Of a DNA stretch of 14,499 nucleotides, positions 13,058 through 14,499 are shown piece by piece (position 1 is the first letter of the stretch; each line of letters begins with the position of its first letter). Made by a program: the position numbers and the translations under genes. The DNA comes from a bacterium (GTDB lineage: Bacteria; Bacillota; Clostridia; Christensenellales; Aristaeellaceae): positions 1 to 14,499 of the forward strand of contig CAVFPH010000051.1 in assembly GCA_963624325.1 (NCBI GenBank), read 5' to 3'. A model generated the notes under the pieces. That model made no database searches. It was not told the origin of the DNA and saw only the letters and a program-made list of their open reading frames with translations.

Positions 13058-13895
13058 ACGCACCTGCGATCATGATCCCCAGCGCCGCCAGATAGCTTGC
13101 CTGCGGCACCTCGCGGAAGATGATCAGCGACAGCAGCGCCCCGATAAAGGGGGATACCGCGTAGTACGCGCTGGTGCGCGCCGCGCCCAGCAGCCGCTGG
13201 GCATACACGTAAAAGTAAATGCTGAGCCCGTAGGCCACAAACCCTACCGCCAGCACGGGCAGAATCAGGGAAAGCGAGGGCATCCTCTCCCCGCAAAGCA
13301 GAGCGATGATTACCGAGCCCGTGCCCGAAAAAATGCCCTTCAGCAGCACAATCTGCAGGGGATCCTTGCCCGACAGCCGCCGCGTGCAGTTGTTTTCAAA
13401 TCCCCAGCACACGCACGCCAGCAATATCAGCAGCGATCCCGCCGAAAAGCGCAGGCTTGCCGCGTCCTCCACCGACAGGATGGCGCAGCTGACCGCCGTA
13501 AACAGGATGCCCGCCCACAGCCGCGGGCTGACGGACTCCCCGAAAATCACCAGGGCGATGATCGCCGTGGCCACAATCTCAAAATTGTTAAGCAGCGAGG
13601 CCGCCGCCGCCGAGGTGGATTTCAGCCCCAGCATCAGGCACACGGGCGCGGCAATGTCCAGCAGGATCATGGCCGCCGTCCAGGGCAATTCCCGCCGTGT
13701 CAGGCGCAATTCCCGCCCCTGCTTTCCCCGCAGACGCCGAAAAAGGGCAATAAGCACCATGCCGATCCCCGCCCCGATGTAGAGCAGCCCCGCCATGACA
13801 GTGGGCGGCACGGACACCAAAAGCAGCTTGGACAGCGGCGCATTCAGCGCGTAGAGCGCCGCGGCCAGCAGCGCCAGCGCAATCCCCCTGCGCAT
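13023..13895 (-). CDS. EamA/DMT-family transporter (about 10 TM)
   Basis: 290 aa from the ATG at 13895, SD aggaggggga (13901-13910, - strand). Hydrophobic throughout. ALLAAALYALNAPLSKLLL and SAYYAVSPFIGALLSLIIF are typical of the two EamA repeats. The last ~11 codons and the TGA stop lie in repeat sequence. Confidence 0.85.
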   Translation of the reverse strand: MRRGIALALLAAALYALNAPLSKLLLVSVPPTVMAGLLYIGAGIGMVLIALFRRLRGKQGRELRLTRRELPWTAAMILLDIAAPVCLMLGLKSTSAAAASLLNNFEIVATAIIALVIFGESVSPRLWAGILFTAVSCAILSVEDAASLRFSAGSLLILLACVCWGFENNCTRRLSGKDPLQIVLLKGIFSGTGSVIIALLCGERMPSLSLILPVLAVGFVAYGLSIYFYVYAQRLLGAARTSAYYAVSPFIGALLSLIIFREVPQASYLAALGIMIAGAWLCSSDEPLFR

Positions 13896-13908
13896 CAAAC
13901 TCCCCCTC

Positions 13909-14499
13909 CTACAGCGCTTCAATCGCCGCGCACAGGGCGCGCACGATATCGTCAAGCGGCATGGATGCCTGCCCGCTTTTCGCCTGCTCGGGCAGAAAAG
14001 GCACATGGATAAACCCGCAGCGCACGGGCGTATCATGATAGCGGTGCAGCAGGCAGTAGAGCAGATCGTTGCACACAAACGTGCCCGCCGTGCAGGATAC
14101 CGCGGCGGATATCCCGCGGTCTTGGATGGCCTGCGCCATTTTCCTTACCGGCAGGGTGGAAAAGTACGCATCCGGCCCGCCCGCTGCGCAGGGAACATCC
14201 TGCGGACGGCTGCCCGCGTTGTCCGCGATGGCCGCATAGCGCAGGTTGATGCCGATCATCTCGGGCGTCACCGCCGCGCGCCCGCCCGCCTGCCCGATGC
14301 ACAGGATCACGGCAGGCTGCACTTCCTCCGCCTCGGCAATCGTCAGCCGCGCCGCCTCCCCGAATACCGTGGGCACCTGCAGGGCACGCACATGAAAGCG
14401 CCCCACCCTTTCGGGCACACGCCGTGCCGCCTCCCACGCCGGGTTGATGCGCTCCCCGCCAAAGGGATCAAAACCGGTAATCAGCAGCGTTTCGGACAT
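13909..14499 (-). CDS. pcp: Pyrrolidone-carboxylate (pyroglutamyl) peptidase I
   Basis: 196 aa. The start codon is exactly at the window edge. LITGFDPFGGE..NP, GQAGGR, AGTFVCN (catalytic Cys) and GFIHVP (catalytic His) fit peptidase family C15. Confidence 0.9.
   Translation of the reverse strand: MSETLLITGFDPFGGERINPAWEAARRVPERVGRFHVRALQVPTVFGEAARLTIAEAEEVQPAVILCIGQAGGRAAVTPEMIGINLRYAAIADNAGSRPQDVPCAAGGPDAYFSTLPVRKMAQAIQDRGISAAVSCTAGTFVCNDLLYCLLHRYHDTPVRCGFIHVPFLPEQAKSGQASMPLDDIVRALCAAIEAL

Noticed and set aside
11597-14078. N-terminal extensions in the ORF track for rlmH (to 12214), HAD (to 12849) and EamA (to 14078)
   Set aside because: The extensions are Arg/Gly/Cys-rich, run through the upstream gene or through repeat sequence, and lack an SD. 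Internal ATGs at 12055, 12693 and 13895 give canonical N-termini, with SD motifs for HAD and EamA.

Overview
Visibly GC-rich bacterial window, probably a Clostridia-type Firmicute judging by the gene families (inference). It has two parts. (1) 252-10425, + strand: a compact and apparently intact phage-like structural cluster. Order is SPP1-type portal, DUF4355-like scaffold, major capsid, gp6-like connector, head closure, HK97 gp10-like, putative tail terminator, major tail, tail chaperone, a 137-aa Ala-rich coiled protein, a 117-aa distal-tail candidate, a 964-aa hub/fibre protein and a family-4 holin. Many junctions overlap (ATGA type). No normal-sized tape measure gene and no endolysin are visible. 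(2) 10494-14499, - strand, convergent with the cluster: housekeeping genes pcp, an EamA/DMT transporter, a HAD hydrolase, rlmH and recF. The most unusual signal is non-coding. A modular family of AT-cored hairpins (modules named H1-H6 here) fills every sizeable intergenic gap in the cluster: 37-236, 1461-1517, 4098-4380, 6084-6628, 9931-9997 and 10391-10501. The same family occurs between the housekeeping genes HAD and EamA (12723-13057). Copies differ by compensatory stem changes. Several supply the stop codon and last codons of flanking genes. Three sit as hairpin / C-rich tract / SD leaders just upstream of portal, scaffold and holin. Two full copies lie head-to-head as a 554-nt non-coding palindrome in the slot where a tape measure gene would normally sit. 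All functional calls come from reading the translated ORFs and from recalled family motifs. No searches were run.
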